A stretch of DNA of 63,991 bases, filler included, from Licmophora abbreviata (GCA_900291995.1; 40 parts of 40 records of this genome joined end to end with filler, not necessarily neighbours in it); one strand, 5' to 3'; shown: positions 1 through 11,949, counted from the whole stretch's first letter. Made by a program: numbers and translations. Notes: generated by a model from the letters alone, not told the origin.

Positions 1-2
1 CC

Positions 3-779
3 CGCGAAGGCGTCGCCTATGCCGCCGAACGCATCGCCGAGGATCAGGACACCACGCCCGACACGCTGCTGGAACAGCTCGGCGCCGATCCCGACAGCAT
101 GCCCGCCTCGGATGCGATCGAATCCGATGTGAACCGCCTCAAACGTCAGCGCGACGCGCTCGGCCCCGTGAACCTGCGCGCCGAAGAGGACGCCCGCGAG
201 GTGCAGCAGGAACACGACACCCTCGTCGCCGAGAAGGATGATCTCGAACAGGCGATCCGCGAATTGCGCAACGGCATCGCCGGTCTCAACCGCGAAGGGC
301 GCGAACGCCTTTTGACGGCCTTCGAGCAGGTCAATTCCAACTTCGCCATGCTCTTCACCCATCTCTTCGGTGGCGGCGAGGCCAATCTGGTGATGGTCGA
401 AAGCGATGACCCGCTCGATGCCGGGCTCGAGATCATGTGCCAGCCGCCGGGCAAGAAACTGGCCACGCTTTCGCTTTTGTCGGGCGGTGAACAGACACTC
501 ACGGCGCTGGCGCTGATCTTCGCGGTGTTCCTCGCCAACCCGGCGCCGATCTGCGTGCTGGACGAGGTCGACGCCCCGCTTGATGATGCCAATGTGGGCC
601 GCTTCTGCGACCTCTTGGACGAAATGTGCCGCCGCACCGAAACCCGCTTTCTCATCATCACCCACCACGCTGTCACCATGAGCCGCATGGACCGCCTCTT
701 TGGTGTGACAATGGCCGAACAGGGCGTCAGCCAGCTGGTCTCGGTCGATCTCAAGAAGGCCGAGGCGATGGTCGCCTGA
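3..779 (+). CDS. smc: Chromosome segregation ATPase SMC, C-terminal head domain (5' truncated), alphaproteobacterial
   Basis: LGPVNLRA, signature LSGGEQ, Walker B/D-loop [16 protein letters not shown]; high-GC codon usage. Confidence 0.97.
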   Translation, partial: REGVAYAAERIAEDQDTTPDTLLEQLGADPDSMPASDAIESDVNRLKRQRDALGPVNLRAEEDAREVQQEHDTLVAEKDDLEQAIRELRNGIAGLNREGRERLLTAFEQVNSNFAMLFTHLFGGGEANLVMVESDDPLDAGLEIMCQPPGKKLATLSLLSGGEQTLTALALIFAVFLANPAPICVLDEVDAPLDDANVGRFCDLLDEMCRRTETRFLIITHHAVTMSRMDRLFGVTMAEQGVSQLVSVDLKKAEAMVA

Positions 780-864
780 CCACGCCAACTATCTGCAAAA
801 TTTACCTTTCCTTCATCCCGGTGGCGTCCACTGCAGTGGCTGCAATCCGTTGCAGTGGAAGGAG

Positions 865-960
865 GTGATAGATCTGAAAGAAACCACTTTCCGCAAATGG
901 ATGGTCTGGCTTGCAGCAGGTTCGCTGCTGGTGGCGATCATCCGTCTTTGGATAGGGTAA
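865..960 (+). CDS. Small hydrophobic peptide (VIDLKETTFRKWMVWLAAGSLLVAIIRLWIG), candidate type I toxin, copy 1
   Basis: Strong SD AAGGAGGTGA; one TM-like segment; frame and hydrophobicity conserved with copy 2; start codon uncertain (GTG865, CTG874 or ATG901). Confidence 0.65.
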   Translation: MIDLKETTFRKWMVWLAAGSLLVAIIRLWIG

Positions 961-986
961 ACCAAAACCACCCTTGAAAAAGAAAA

Positions 987-1016
987 GGCCCTGCGGAGCA
1001 GCAACTCCGCAGGGCC
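987..1016. terminator. Perfect 12-bp GC-rich hairpin, likely bidirectional terminator (U-run on minus strand), copy 1
   Basis: GGCCCTGCGGAG-cagcaa-CTCCGCAGGGCC flanked by GAAAAAGAAAA and ACGTTTT. Confidence 0.8.
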
Positions 1017-1201
1017 ACGTTTTCGGTGATGATCCGAAAGACCTTCCGCATTCCCATCATCCTGCACAAACCTTGCCAAAAAGTAAACCCATCCCCACGC
1101 CCTTGGTTAACCGCCCGATTGTGTCAATGCGGGCGCGTTAAGTGTTTCTTCATCAGCTTATGACCCCCTCAAAAGGCTGCAATCCGTTGCAGTGGAAGGA
1201 G

Positions 1202-1297
1202 GTGAATGCAATCAGCGAACATCACTTCAGAAAATGGATGGTTCTTATCGCGGCGGCAACGTTGCTGGTCGCGATCATCCGTCTTTGGATAGGGTAA
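1202..1297 (+). CDS. Small hydrophobic peptide (VNAISEHHFRKWMVLIAAATLLVAIIRLWIG), candidate type I toxin, copy 2
   Basis: Same SD, same length as copy 1, with synonymous and conservative substitutions. Confidence 0.65.
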   Translation: MNAISEHHFRKWMVLIAAATLLVAIIRLWIG

Positions 1298-1316
1298 ACC
1301 ACCCTTGAAAAGGAAA

Positions 1317-1346
1317 GGCCCTGCGGAGCAGCAACTCCGCAGGGCC
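1317..1346. terminator. Identical 12-bp hairpin, copy 2
   Basis: GGCCCTGCGGAG-cagcaa-CTCCGCAGGGCC. Confidence 0.8.
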
Positions 1347-1605
1347 ACGTTTTCGGCAAATGCAACGAAAACACTTCAGATATCCCCACTATCCTGCACA
1401 AACCTTGCCAAAAAGTAAACCCAGCCCCACGCCCTTGGTTAACCGCATTCTGCGGCCCAACCGGCTGTCTTCCCCGTGCCACATCCGCCGGGTCTTCCAT
1501 CCGGACAATCTCGACAAGAGCGGCCGCTCGGGCTAGCACCTTGAACCATCGCACCCATCCCGGAGACTGCGCCCCGATGACCCTGCTGATCCGCCTTGTC
1601 GCGCT

Positions 1606-1705
1606 NNNNNNNNNNNNNNNNNNNNNNNNNNNNNNNNNNNNNNNNNNNNTTAATTAATTAANNNNNNNNNNNNNNNNNNNNNNNNNNNNNNNNNNNNNNN
1701 NNNNN
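1606..1705. other. Artificial contig linker N44-TTAATTAATTAA-N44 (first of 39 in the window)
   Basis: Identical 100-bp spacer with stops in all six frames, recurring every 1.5-1.7 kb. Confidence 0.99.
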
Positions 1706-2802
1706 GAACAGCCGCCCTCTTACTCGTATCGTAATTAAGTATAGATCAATTTTGTTCTACATGAATAAGAATTCTTGTACATCTAGAAGCCTCCGGTGAT
1801 CATGGAAAGTCAATGAGCATTGGCGTCTCGTGCGCTCGTGCGTACTGGTTATGTTTTTCTTCGAGTAACTGGTATGCAGATCTTCGTCCGTGAGCAAGGG
1901 CTCGTCGTGCGCTGTGAATCGCATGCACTGGAAGGGTCTTCATCGTTGATCATTTCATTCACACAAGCGATAAATGACTTTTCGCGTCAAATCTAACAAT
2001 GAATCGGAGCAGAAGGGAGTGTATGTACGTACACTAGCAGACTTTCGTTTCACACCTCACGAGTGCATTGGCAAGTCCATACCGTCGATTGGTTCGCCCA
2101 GGTTTATACAGATGTCGAGTGAGTCACCCTTCCAGGTCCAGAGGGGGAGAGCTCTTCTTCATATAGCCTACTCAACGCTCGCAAAGCTGGTGCAGCGATC
2201 TACGGCCGATGACCGTACCTGATAACCTAGCAAGCAGAAGCGTCTACGCAGACCCCGCGGTACCTTAACATCCGAGGCAGTGTTTCAACCTGACTACAGT
2301 GGCACTTACGAACAAAGCACTGTTTCCACCCAGGCACCCAGGCCTATGGCACAGTACGGCTCACCCACCGGGCGGCGTATGGCAGAGCGAGGAAGCACCG
2401 ATCACGTCAAGTCCACTTACTTTCACGGCACGCTACGCTGCACATCAACAGGACGGCCTTGCAACGTCGCACGGAAAGCATCAGGCTTCCTATATAAAGT
2501 TTTGATATTATTTTTATGAAATGCTGGGTACAGACAAGCGACTTTGTACCGTGAGCACACACATTAACACTTTGTTCCTCTTTATATAACTAAAGAGAGA
2601 ACACACACTACAGGACAGCATCGTTGTCTGGCACAATCACCGCATTCAACGCGGGTACATTTGGAACTCTGCTGTCTGCACACAGGACACTCCCACTTCC
2701 TTTATCGACACTCCCAAAACAATCTTTTCACATCCTCGTATCTCATCACACAACACCACAGCCAGTGGTAACCCACCGCCATGGGGGTTTCGTACTACTG
2801 TA

Positions 2803-3194
2803 TTAGCTCAAATTCCTCAGAAAGTCCTTGCCCAACGACTGCAACTTATTAACTGCCATGACCGTACTGACCGCCGCCTTGAACTTGCGCTTTGCATGAA
2901 ACTTCCGAAAGTTATCCAGCTGCACCTTCAAATCCTTCTTGGCCAGATCCGCATCACTTTTGGCATTGATCCACGGATTGTCCAGCGCCTGCTGCGCATC
3001 CAACCGTTCGACGGGATCTACCGTGAGGAGTTGTGAGATGAGTTCCTTGGCGTCCGTGCTGACAGTGCCCCAGTACTCTTCGTGGAATTCATAGTCGCCC
3101 TTGCGAATTTTGCGAAACAAGTCGCGTTGGTTGCCTTCAATAAAGGGAGGATAGCCGCCGAGCAGAATATAGAGAATGACACCGACACTCCACA
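2803..3194 (-). CDS. Last exon of a CAMK-family Ser/Thr protein kinase (eukaryotic)
   Basis: (M)WSVGVILYILLGGYPPF, AKELISQLLTVDP..R, CaM-binding FHAKRKFKAAV; intron acceptor ttag at 3195-3198; (TA)n inside the intron. Confidence 0.9.
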
Positions 3195-3403
3195 CTAACA
3201 AACACGACAATGGAAGAAGGAACGCGTGTGAGTATATATATATATATACATACTACAATCATCATAACACAAGACAACACAACACTACACATGCACTCAC
3301 TATNNNNNNNNNNNNNNNNNNNNNNNNNNNNNNNNNNNNNNNNNNNNTTAATTAATTAANNNNNNNNNNNNNNNNNNNNNNNNNNNNNNNNNNNNNNNNN
3401 NNN

Positions 3404-4488
3404 AGGTACATGCCGTTGATCGCGTGAAACAGCGGCATAAAGGCATTGTCCGCGCCGGCATCCAAAATGGCCTGCCCGATGGTCCATGCCTCCTGCTCGC
3501 GCCCCGCCTCCTGCAGCCGTCGCGCCAGCTTGACAAAGACATGCGCCGCCTCGCTTGGCGTGATGAACTCGCCCGGTCCCCCCTTCACGAACCGCTCATA
3601 CACCCGCTCATAAGCCAGATCGCGTTCGGCAACGGTCATCACCTCGTGGAAACACTTGCGCTCCTGCCCGCTCAACCGGGCGGCGGCACGGCTGAAGGCG
3701 CTGATCGGCGGCGCCACGATTTCCGAGGCGCGTGACATCGCGAACAATTCCAGAAAGTCGCGCTGCACTGGCTTGCAGCCCGTCAGATCCACCAGATCGT
3801 CGATACTGCCCACTTGCGGATGCGCCTTCGTGAACCGCGCGATGCTTTCCGGCTGGTCCGAGAACACCAGCGCCCCCGCGCCCTTGTTCTTTTCCAGATA
3901 GGCCGAATAAAGCTCGTCCGGCTCGATCTTGGCGGGCCATTCCTTGTGCTTCCACGGGTCCTCGTTCAGGATATCGCCCCGCCGAATGTGATAGGCGATC
4001 GTTCTGCCACCGTTCTTGAACATGGCCTTTTCGATCTCGGCGATATGCCCTTTGACCACCGGGTTGAACCCGATCCTCGAGATGAACCCCCGAAACCGCC
4101 CGCGCAGATCCTCGCCATCCTCCCAGGCGAATTCGACGATCTCGAACCCCTCGTCCAGCACCACATGCCCGCCACTCGCCAGATGCGCCTGCAACCGGTC
4201 CGGCCGGTCATCCTTCAGAAAGACCCAGATCGGCGTCGGCGCCGGGGTCAGCGCCTCGAACGTGTCGTTGTCCATGAAATGCCGGTCGATGAACGCCGGA
4301 GTGAACAGATCCGTCGGCGTATCCAGTTTCGGCGCCATCGCACCGCGCGGGAACCAGTTGATGCGGAAATCCGTGTCGTAATCCTCGGCCAGGCGGATCG
4401 CGTTCAACATCATCAGCAGACGCGCGCCCAACTGGTCTTTCCGCAATCCGATGAAGCATCCACGACCGTGGCCACCACGTACCGACAT
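3404..4488 (-). CDS. Bacterial fucosyltransferase-like (GT11/GT23-type GDP-sugar fold) protein with helical C-terminus, 3' truncated
   Basis: DQLGARL N-terminal motif, AYHIRRGD, VFSD, DFLELFAMS...SAFS match the conserved fucosyltransferase motifs. Confidence 0.6.
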
Positions 4489-4586
4489 AAATCCGCCTTT
4501 CCCGACTGCCCAAAAGCTTATACACTGACGAAAAGTTGTCGCAAGCGTCCCCGCCGCAAGGCAGATGCTCAGGAATAGTCGAGTAG

Positions 4587-4995
4587 ATGGCAGCCAATCC
4601 GAAACTGTTTCTCAGTTCCTTTGTTCTTAATGAAAGCTCGGATTTGCTGGAATGGATTTCCTATCATAAATCCATTGGCGCCAGTGACATTCATATTTTC
4701 GTCGGCAGCAAGTCGGACGGCGAAAGGCCCCTTCTGGACGCCTTGGCAGATGCCGGGGTGGTCACGCTGCAACCCGTGCCCGTCGATCCCGAAACCTCCG
4801 AGGAAATGCGCAATTCGGCCCTGCGCGCCGCCACGCTCGAAGCCCGGCAAAGCGGCGGTTACGGCCTGTTCCTTGCCCCCGATGAATATCTGCGCATCAC
4901 CGCCAAGGGCGGCACCGTTCAGGCGCTGATGAAAGCGTGCAAGGATGCCGATGTGCTCTGCGCCCCGGTGTTGGAGTTCGGCACCGGCGGGCGGC
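4587..4995 (+). CDS. Glycosyltransferase family 2-like (GT2_4/GT92-type) protein, 3' truncated
   Basis: LNE...LLEWISYH..IG...IHIF and LAPDEY motifs; divergent from the previous gene. Confidence 0.7.
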
Positions 4996-5095
4996 NNNNN
5001 NNNNNNNNNNNNNNNNNNNNNNNNNNNNNNNNNNNNNNNTTAATTAATTAANNNNNNNNNNNNNNNNNNNNNNNNNNNNNNNNNNNNNNNNNNNN

Positions 5096-6686
5096 AGACT
5101 TAAGAGTGTATGGACCTATCAAGTCTACACATAAGCGTTCCCAGGGTTCAGCTTCTGCTTCCTTTTCCGGTAGTTTGCCATATTTCGTGTAGGATCGTTT
5201 CGATTTCTGACACGTGGCACACGTTGAGCACTCTGCGTGCACGTCCGCGCGTAAATTTTTCCACCAGAAATGTTGTCTGATAGATTGTTCCGTGCGATTC
5301 TCGCCCGGGTGACACAGAATTGTATGATACCAGTTGACTGTGCGTTTCTGCAGGGAATTCGGAATCACGATTTTTCCCTGGTATGTTATGAGCTCAGACG
5401 ACGTCTTGCCGCCTCCACGAAAAGCCGTGAGAGCATAATTGGTGTTTGTGCCCGATTTGATGCGACGGAGAAGATCGGGGTCTTTGTCCTGAGCACGAGC
5501 AATAGATGAGAACCGCAAGGGGAAAGCATCTTTAGGAAGGTCGGAGTCGTCCAGACCAAAAAGTTCGCTCAGGGAATGGACATCCTGAGGAATAGGCTTG
5601 GGTGCCAAGTCGAGTCGACTGAGTGCGTCAGCGACGACGTTGTGTTCACCAGCAAGATGAACCAATTCGGGTCCATACTCTTCGAGGATGAGACGCCAAC
5701 GCATTACACGTTCGGTATTAAAGTTTTTATAAGTAAGATTCTTATGATCAGTGAATACTTTGATCTTCTGACCAAGGAATATGTTGCGGAACTCTTTCAG
5801 AGTTTCGACAATGGCCAAGAGCTCGCGCTCAGTGGTCGTATATCTGGTTTGAGCTGGATTCAGCTTGCGAGAGTAGAAGGCAATTGGTTTCCCATCTTGG
5901 GAGATGACTGCCCCAAGCTGTGTATTGCTTGCATCGGTGTGGATGTCAAAACGCTTGTTAAAATCTGGAAACGCGAGAAGCGTTTCGCGACTCACTATTT
6001 TCTTAGTGGTCTCAAAGGCTTTTTGTTCTGTTTCTGTCCATCGCCATTTGGCTTTGGAGGATGTAAGCGCAGTCAGTGGCGCTAGGACTTCGGATCGTCT
6101 GATCCACATGTCGCGGTAGTAGTTGACAAGTCCAATGAAGCTGCGAAGCTGCTTCTTGGTTTGCGGCGGTGCGATATTGTGAATCGCCTCCACTTTTTTT
6201 GTCATCGGTTGAATCCCACTTCGTGTGATCCAGTACCCTAAGTATTCGAGTTCGGAGCGTCCGAAAAACGATTTGGTTGCGTTAACTTTCAGTCCCGCAT
6301 TTGATAAGCGTTGGAGAACTCGATCGAGTTTCTCTAAATGTCTTCATATGTTGAAGTTGTCAAAACTAGAAGGTCATCAAGATATGTCCTAACAAATTCA
6401 AGCCCAACCATGAGCTCAGACATTTTCTCCTGAAATATGTCGGGACTGTTACATAAACCCATTGGGAGTCGTTGATATTCATATTTACCCCACGGCAGTA
6501 CAATCGTACACAGCCGTTTAGAAAAGGGAGTAAGTTCAATATGATAATAACCCATATTCAGGTCTAAAGAGGTTGCATACTGAAACCCTTCGAGTTTGAG
6601 TAATAAATCTTGTATTTTTGGTATTGGATATGGTTTTCGTTTTATCCTTTTATTCAGTTCTCTAAAATCAGAGATGAACCGAACCG
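5096..6686 (-). mobile_element. Ty3/Gypsy pol fragment (RT, RNase H, integrase Zn finger) with a 1-nt frameshift near 6337
   Basis: LDLNMGYYHI, LPMGL, YLDD, TDAS...GAVI, ERELLAI, NVVADALSR, H-H-C-C integrase motif; Gypsy domain order. Confidence 0.95.
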
Positions 6687-8470
6687 NNNNNNNNNNNNNN
6701 NNNNNNNNNNNNNNNNNNNNNNNNNNNNNNTTAATTAATTAANNNNNNNNNNNNNNNNNNNNNNNNNNNNNNNNNNNNNNNNNNNNTAGGATTAGATGTA
6801 CGTTCGTGCCGGCGCGCACTCAGTAGGAATCAACGTATTTCGCGTATGTAGAAATTATGTAGACTTTCCTACCGCCACGAGGTTCCAAAGCTCGACAAGT
6901 ATGGTAACTTCAGAGAGCTCGCATCATGAACGAGGGCGCGCAAAGTTTGAAACTTAAAAGTCGAAAATTCGATGGATGCTCTGCCAACGCAAATTATTCG
7001 CTTGAACATGGCCCCTGACACAGCATTCATCGTTTCAACCGTTCCTATTGTGGGCCCGTTTTGGACCTTGACCTCCAGCTCTACTTGTGTTTGGTAATTG
7101 GAATCGCGGCTCTTCCCGCGGCATGCAATTGCTGGCTAGTGGCTACCATCATCCGGCCATTTGCTTCTCCCTCTCACAGACTGAATGTTGTTCTTTGTAT
7201 CGAGACGGACTCTCTGTACTTGCGACACCCCTGTCCCGTCCGAAGACCGTGAGTCAGGGATCTACTAACACTCTCTTCCTCTTCAGGAATTGGTCGATGG
7301 AATCTCAGCCCTCGACGGAAAATGTGGCACATCGACGCTCGTTCCGTGTGCACCGGCAGAAAGAAATACAAGTACACTCGACAACAATCATCCCCTGTTG
7401 CAGGAACTCTCTATATCTCTTATCTCCTCGTGGCATCGCAACGTGTGAGGCGACTTGGCTGCAGCTTGAATGGAAGATGCTGCTACGGTCACGATCAGAC
7501 TTCTTCTCGCGAATTTAGTTTGGAATGGTTTGATTATTGCCTGGATGCGGGGTAGGAAGAAGCATATCTTCTGGAGCGCGACGTTTGCTGCGAATGCATT
7601 AAGCTCTCGTGAAGGACTGGTGGATGCATCGTCATCGGGGCATCGCTCGGTTAACATTTGGTTTGTTCTGTTGTCGGTGGTGGCTTGAGCAGCAACAGTC
7701 ATGATTGTACGGACGCACGCAACAGAGGAGGCCGACACAATAGACAATGCTTCATGATGTCTTCCTGGCCGGCTGTAGTAGTTGGAGACGATCCGCTCGT
7801 TGCATGGCAGAGTGGCCTTTGAAAAGCTGAAGATACCATGGGTGCCAATATCAAATATTGATGAATAGAAGGAGGATCTGAAGGAGGGTCTGGTTAGCTT
7901 CCGGGCGTGATTATTGGCCTAAGTCAAGTAGTGGCGTGCCTGCCCCAATCATGGCCTTCTTGAGAGTATTCTCTATATTCACTACATAGCTAGAACTATC
8001 AATCTAATCCTCTGCCGTTTCCTTCAGGGTGGCTTTTATATTGAAGGGCAAGTCGTAGGAGTTACTCGTCGAGCCAACCCATTATATGATGCGCATCGAC
8101 TGGCGCTCTGTTCTTTGCCTCGCCACCATTGTTTGGGAAACCACCACGACCAACCAGCCGCAATTCAGAGCGAGCGATCATTGTGGTTGTTAATGCGGGA
8201 GTTCTGGAACTCGCATGACTACTAAAAACGATCATACCCACAAAGTCAACTTAAGAAACGAGGGGGGGGGGGGGCATGAATGACTTATTGGCAGTCTTGC
8301 AAAGTGTATCATGCCATGCAATGGGATTGAATGAAGTACCTGCTACGGAACCTGTATCGCGCAATTTTGTNNNNNNNNNNNNNNNNNNNNNNNNNNNNNN
8401 NNNNNNNNNNNNNNTTAATTAATTAANNNNNNNNNNNNNNNNNNNNNNNNNNNNNNNNNNNNNNNNNNNN

Positions 8471-8867
8471 GCTGGAGATGAATACCAAGGCGGTCGAGGC
8501 GGCGCCCGAGGATGCCATGGTGCGCAAGCGGCAGGCCGAGATCCTGTTGTTGACGGGCGATCATGCCGCCGCACTGGCCGAGGCCGAGATCTGTCGCGCT
8601 ATCGCGCCGGATCATGCCTTCTGGCATTTTCTGACGGGGCTCATCCACCGTGCGTCCGGTGATACTGCGACGGCGCGCGCCTGGTTCGAGGCGGCCTGCA
8701 CGATGGATGACAGCACCGCCGAGCTGCACGCGCAGCTGGCCGATCTGTGCCGAGAGATGGGCGACGAGGAGGGGGCCGTGGCCGCGCTGGACCGGGCGGC
8801 CGAGATCGCGCCCAACCAGCAACGTTATCGCAACCGGCGCGAACGGCTGTTGAAGAAGCAGGCTTGA
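8471..8867 (+). CDS. TPR-repeat protein C-terminus (bacterial, 5' truncated)
   Basis: Repeated TPR helix pairs ending AP(D/E/N). Confidence 0.8.
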
Positions 8868-8904
8868 CGCGGAAGCAGGTCTTACTGTCCGTCGGACACA
8901 ATTC

Positions 8905-9900
8905 TTACTGTCCTTCGGACACAATGCGCAGCGCCGCCTGCATCACGTATTGGAACTCGGCCAGTTCACCGGGATGGCCGCGTTCAGGGCCGGTTGGCTT
9001 GCGGCCGCTTGTGGGAAAAAGCTTGCGGCGGCCGGGGAAGAACGCCTTGCGCATATCGGCGTTGCGTTTTTCCAGAAGGTTGCAGATGGACGTGCGTTCG
9101 GATGCGGTCAGCACGTCGTTGCGGCGAAAAAGCCGGGGGTCTTCCATGGCCTGCAGGGCGCGGGCCAATCTGCGGCGGCGTTTCTTGTCAAAGCCCAGCC
9201 TTGGGTCGAAGAGACCGATCGCTTCGCTGGCCAAGCGTGAGAGGGAGCGGTTTGCATTGGTTTCGGGCAGAGGGACGGTCTCGGGCGGCACACCCAGAAC
9301 CGACATGACGTCGGTGATGACGTTGCCGCCGGTCATCTCTTCGGGCAGGTAGAGCCGCGGCAGGATGTGGAGATCGGGGATCGTGTCACGGATGCGGTCG
9401 AACAGCGTCCCGAAGTTCAGGTACTCTGGGTCTGTCTCGATCCGCTCGATCCGTTCGCGAACGAATGCATCGACCTGACCGCCGGGCTGCCGCCCGTTCT
9501 TGGCGCGTTGCTTGTAATCGGCTTCGATAAAGTCGTCGAAGCGGCGCAGATAGACGAGGATCGTGACCTCGGTCTGCATCGGCGCGATGACCCGTTCGTA
9601 GAGTGACGAGAGATCCCGGCCAAAGAACATCTCGCTTGAAATGATGCAGTGCTCGTCGCGGTGCCGGTCATATTCGGCGCGAAACGCCTGCGGCTGGCTG
9701 TCCGGGGTATGGCTCCAGTTGCGGGACATATCCACGGCCATGGCATTGTGGCAGATCAGGTGCCCCACGCCGGTGCCGCGGTCGCGACCGCTTGCCAGGT
9801 AACGGATGCCGTGAGAGGCCAGAAAATCCGGATTGGAATGCAAAAATCCCTGAAGTGCCGTGGTGCCCGTCTTGGGCATTCCAATATGAATCCAGAGCAT
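8905..9900 (-). CDS. Sulfotransferase-like P-loop protein (surface polysaccharide modification)
   Basis: IHIGMPKTGTTALQ 5'-PSB loop, IISSE, VYLRR, NRSLS. Confidence 0.8.
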   Translation of the reverse strand: MLWIHIGMPKTGTTALQGFLHSNPDFLASHGIRYLASGRDRGTGVGHLICHNAMAVDMSRNWSHTPDSQPQAFRAEYDRHRDEHCIISSEMFFGRDLSSLYERVIAPMQTEVTILVYLRRFDDFIEADYKQRAKNGRQPGGQVDAFVRERIERIETDPEYLNFGTLFDRIRDTIPDLHILPRLYLPEEMTGGNVITDVMSVLGVPPETVPLPETNANRSLSRLASEAIGLFDPRLGFDKKRRRRLARALQAMEDPRLFRRNDVLTASERTSICNLLEKRNADMRKAFFPGRRKLFPTSGRKPTGPERGHPGELAEFQYVMQAALRIVSEGQ

Positions 9901-10155
9901 CTTGGCCCCACCTGCAAACCAAACCCTTGGACCGCGCGCACGATCCGAGACATTTATGCAGGGTTTGCGGCGGCAAGGCCAGTTTCAATTCCCGCGCGCC
10001 GGGGAATGACGCCCGGGGCGCGCAGCATGTGCGCCCCGGGGTATCGACCGCAGGTNNNNNNNNNNNNNNNNNNNNNNNNNNNNNNNNNNNNNNNNNNNNT
10101 TAATTAATTAANNNNNNNNNNNNNNNNNNNNNNNNNNNNNNNNNNNNNNNNNNNN

Positions 10156-11740
10156 TCCTTGCGCTTGGCCAGCTCCTCGTCCGAGAGATCGACGCTCAGT
10201 TCGCCCTTGATCGCGTCGATGGTGACCACATCGCCGGTCTGGATTAGAGCGATCGGGCCGCCATGCGCGGCTTCGGGGCCGACATGGCCCACACAGAACC
10301 CACGTGTTGCGCCTGAAAAGCGCCCATCGGTGATAAGCGCAACCTTCTTGCCCATGCCCTGCCCGGACAGCGCGGCGGTCGTGGACAGCATCTCGCGCAT
10401 GCCGGGGCCGCCTGCGGGGCCTTCGTTGCGGATCACGATGACCTCGCCTTCCTTGTATTGGCGTGCCTTGACCGCCTCGAACGCGTCCTCTTCGCATTCG
10501 AACACGCGCGCCGGGCCGGTGAAGACCTGATGCTCGGGCGCAATGCCCGCGACCTTCACGATGGCACCCTGCGGCGCAAGATTGCCCTTGAGGCCGACAA
10601 CGCCGCCGGTCTTGGTGATCGGCTTTTCGATCGGATAGATCACGCGGCCATCGGCCTCGCGTTCGATCAGGTCAAGCTCTTCGCCGATGGAACGGCCCGA
10701 GGCGGTGATGCAATCCTCGTGGATGAGACCCGCCTTGCGCAGCTCTTTCATCACGACGGGAATGCCGCCCGCATCATAGAGATCCTTGGCCACATACTGA
10801 CCACCGGGCTTGAGATCGACGAAATAGGGCGTGTCGCGGAAAATCTCGCAGACATCTTCGAGGAAGAAGTCGATCCCCGCCTCATGGGCGATGGCCGGAA
10901 GGTGCAGGCCCGCATTGGTGGAGCCGCCGGTGCAGGCCACGACGCGCGCGGCGTTCTGCAGGCTTTGGAGGGTGACCACATCACGGGCACGGATGTTCTT
11001 TTCCAGCAGGGTCATCACCGCGCGGCCCGACGCCTCGGCATATTGGTCGCGGGATTCGTAGGGCGCGGGCATGCCCGAGCTGTTCATAAGCGCAAGGCCG
11101 ATCGCCTCGGAGACGCAGGCCATGGTGTTGGCGGTGAACTGCCCGCCGCAAGCGCCAGCCGAGGGGCAGGCGACGCGTTCGAGCATATCGAGCGCCTTAT
11201 CGGACATCTGATCGTTCTGGTGCCAACCCACCGCTTCGAACATGTCCTGCACCGTCAGGTCACGGTTGCGGAACTCTTCGGGGATTTCATTCACCTCAGG
11301 CGCCTTGCCCGGCAGGATCGACCCGCCATAGATGAACACCGACGGCACATTGAGCCGCACCATCGCCATCATCATGCCCGGCAGCGACTTGTCACAGCCC
11401 GCCAGGCCCACAAGCGCGTCATAGCAATGGCCCCGCATGGTCAACTCGACGGTGTCGGCAATCGCCTCACGGCTGGCAAGCGAGCTGCGCATGCCTTCAT
11501 GGCCCATGGCGATCCCATCGGTCACGGTGATCGTGGTGAACTCACGCGGGCTGCCATGCGCTTCCTTGACGCCGCCCTTGACGGCCTGCGCCTGACGGTT
11601 GAGCGCGATGTTGCAGGGGGCGGCCTCGTTCCAGCAGGTGGCCACGCCGACCAGCGGCTGATGGATCTCGGTCTCGGTCATGCCCATGGCATAGTAATAG
11701 GACCGATGCGGCGCGCGGGCCGGTCCTTCGGTCACGTAAC
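10156..11740 (-). CDS. ilvD: Dihydroxy-acid dehydratase (both ends truncated)
   Basis: [52 protein letters not shown]. Confidence 0.98.
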
Positions 11741-11949
11741 NNNNNNNNNNNNNNNNNNNNNNNNNNNNNNNNNNNNNNNNNNNNTTAATTAATTAANNNN
11801 NNNNNNNNNNNNNNNNNNNNNNNNNNNNNNNNNNNNNNNNTACGACATCTCTGATGTGAATTGACATCCCTTGCAGTTTGCATGCGACACCATGGCAGTC
11901 GACGCCGCTCAAGTTCTTCTACTCGGCATTATCTGAGGAAAACATCACC

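Larger units (their letters stand above)
838..1446 (+). repeat. Two tandem diverged copies (about 838-1115 and 1175-1446, offset about 330-337 bp) of an SD/small ORF/hairpin/conserved box unit
   Basis: Shared blocks GGCTGCAATCCGTTGCAGTGGAAGGAGGTGA, GCGATCATCCGTCTTTGGATAGGGTAAACCA, GGCCCTGCGGAGCAGCAACTCCGCAGGGCCACGTTTTCGG and ATCCTGCACAAACCTTGCCAAAAAGTAAACCCA. Confidence 0.95.

Noticed and set aside
838..1446. Repeat pair as a CRISPR array or REP element
   Set aside because: There are only two long units, each containing an SD and ORF, with no repeat-spacer periodicity and no cas genes.
1606..1705. Regularly spaced TTAATTAATTAA as a biological repeat or CRISPR-like array
   Set aside because: It is embedded in fixed-length N runs and is an assembly linker. 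ORFs ending in X...LIN are artefacts.
6330..6345. Programmed frameshift in Gypsy pol
   Set aside because: It falls inside RT just after YLDD with no slippery heptamer. Restoring one base gives EDHLEKL, so it is a mutation or sequencing error.
6787..8370. Short ORFs in this contig
   Set aside because: No recognisable motifs or consistent exon structure; treated as non-coding or unknown.
10458..11792. 444-aa plus-strand ORF and similar long antisense ORFs (146-754, 3814-4578, 39397-40128, 40155-40874)
   Set aside because: These are shadow frames opposite well-supported high-GC genes.
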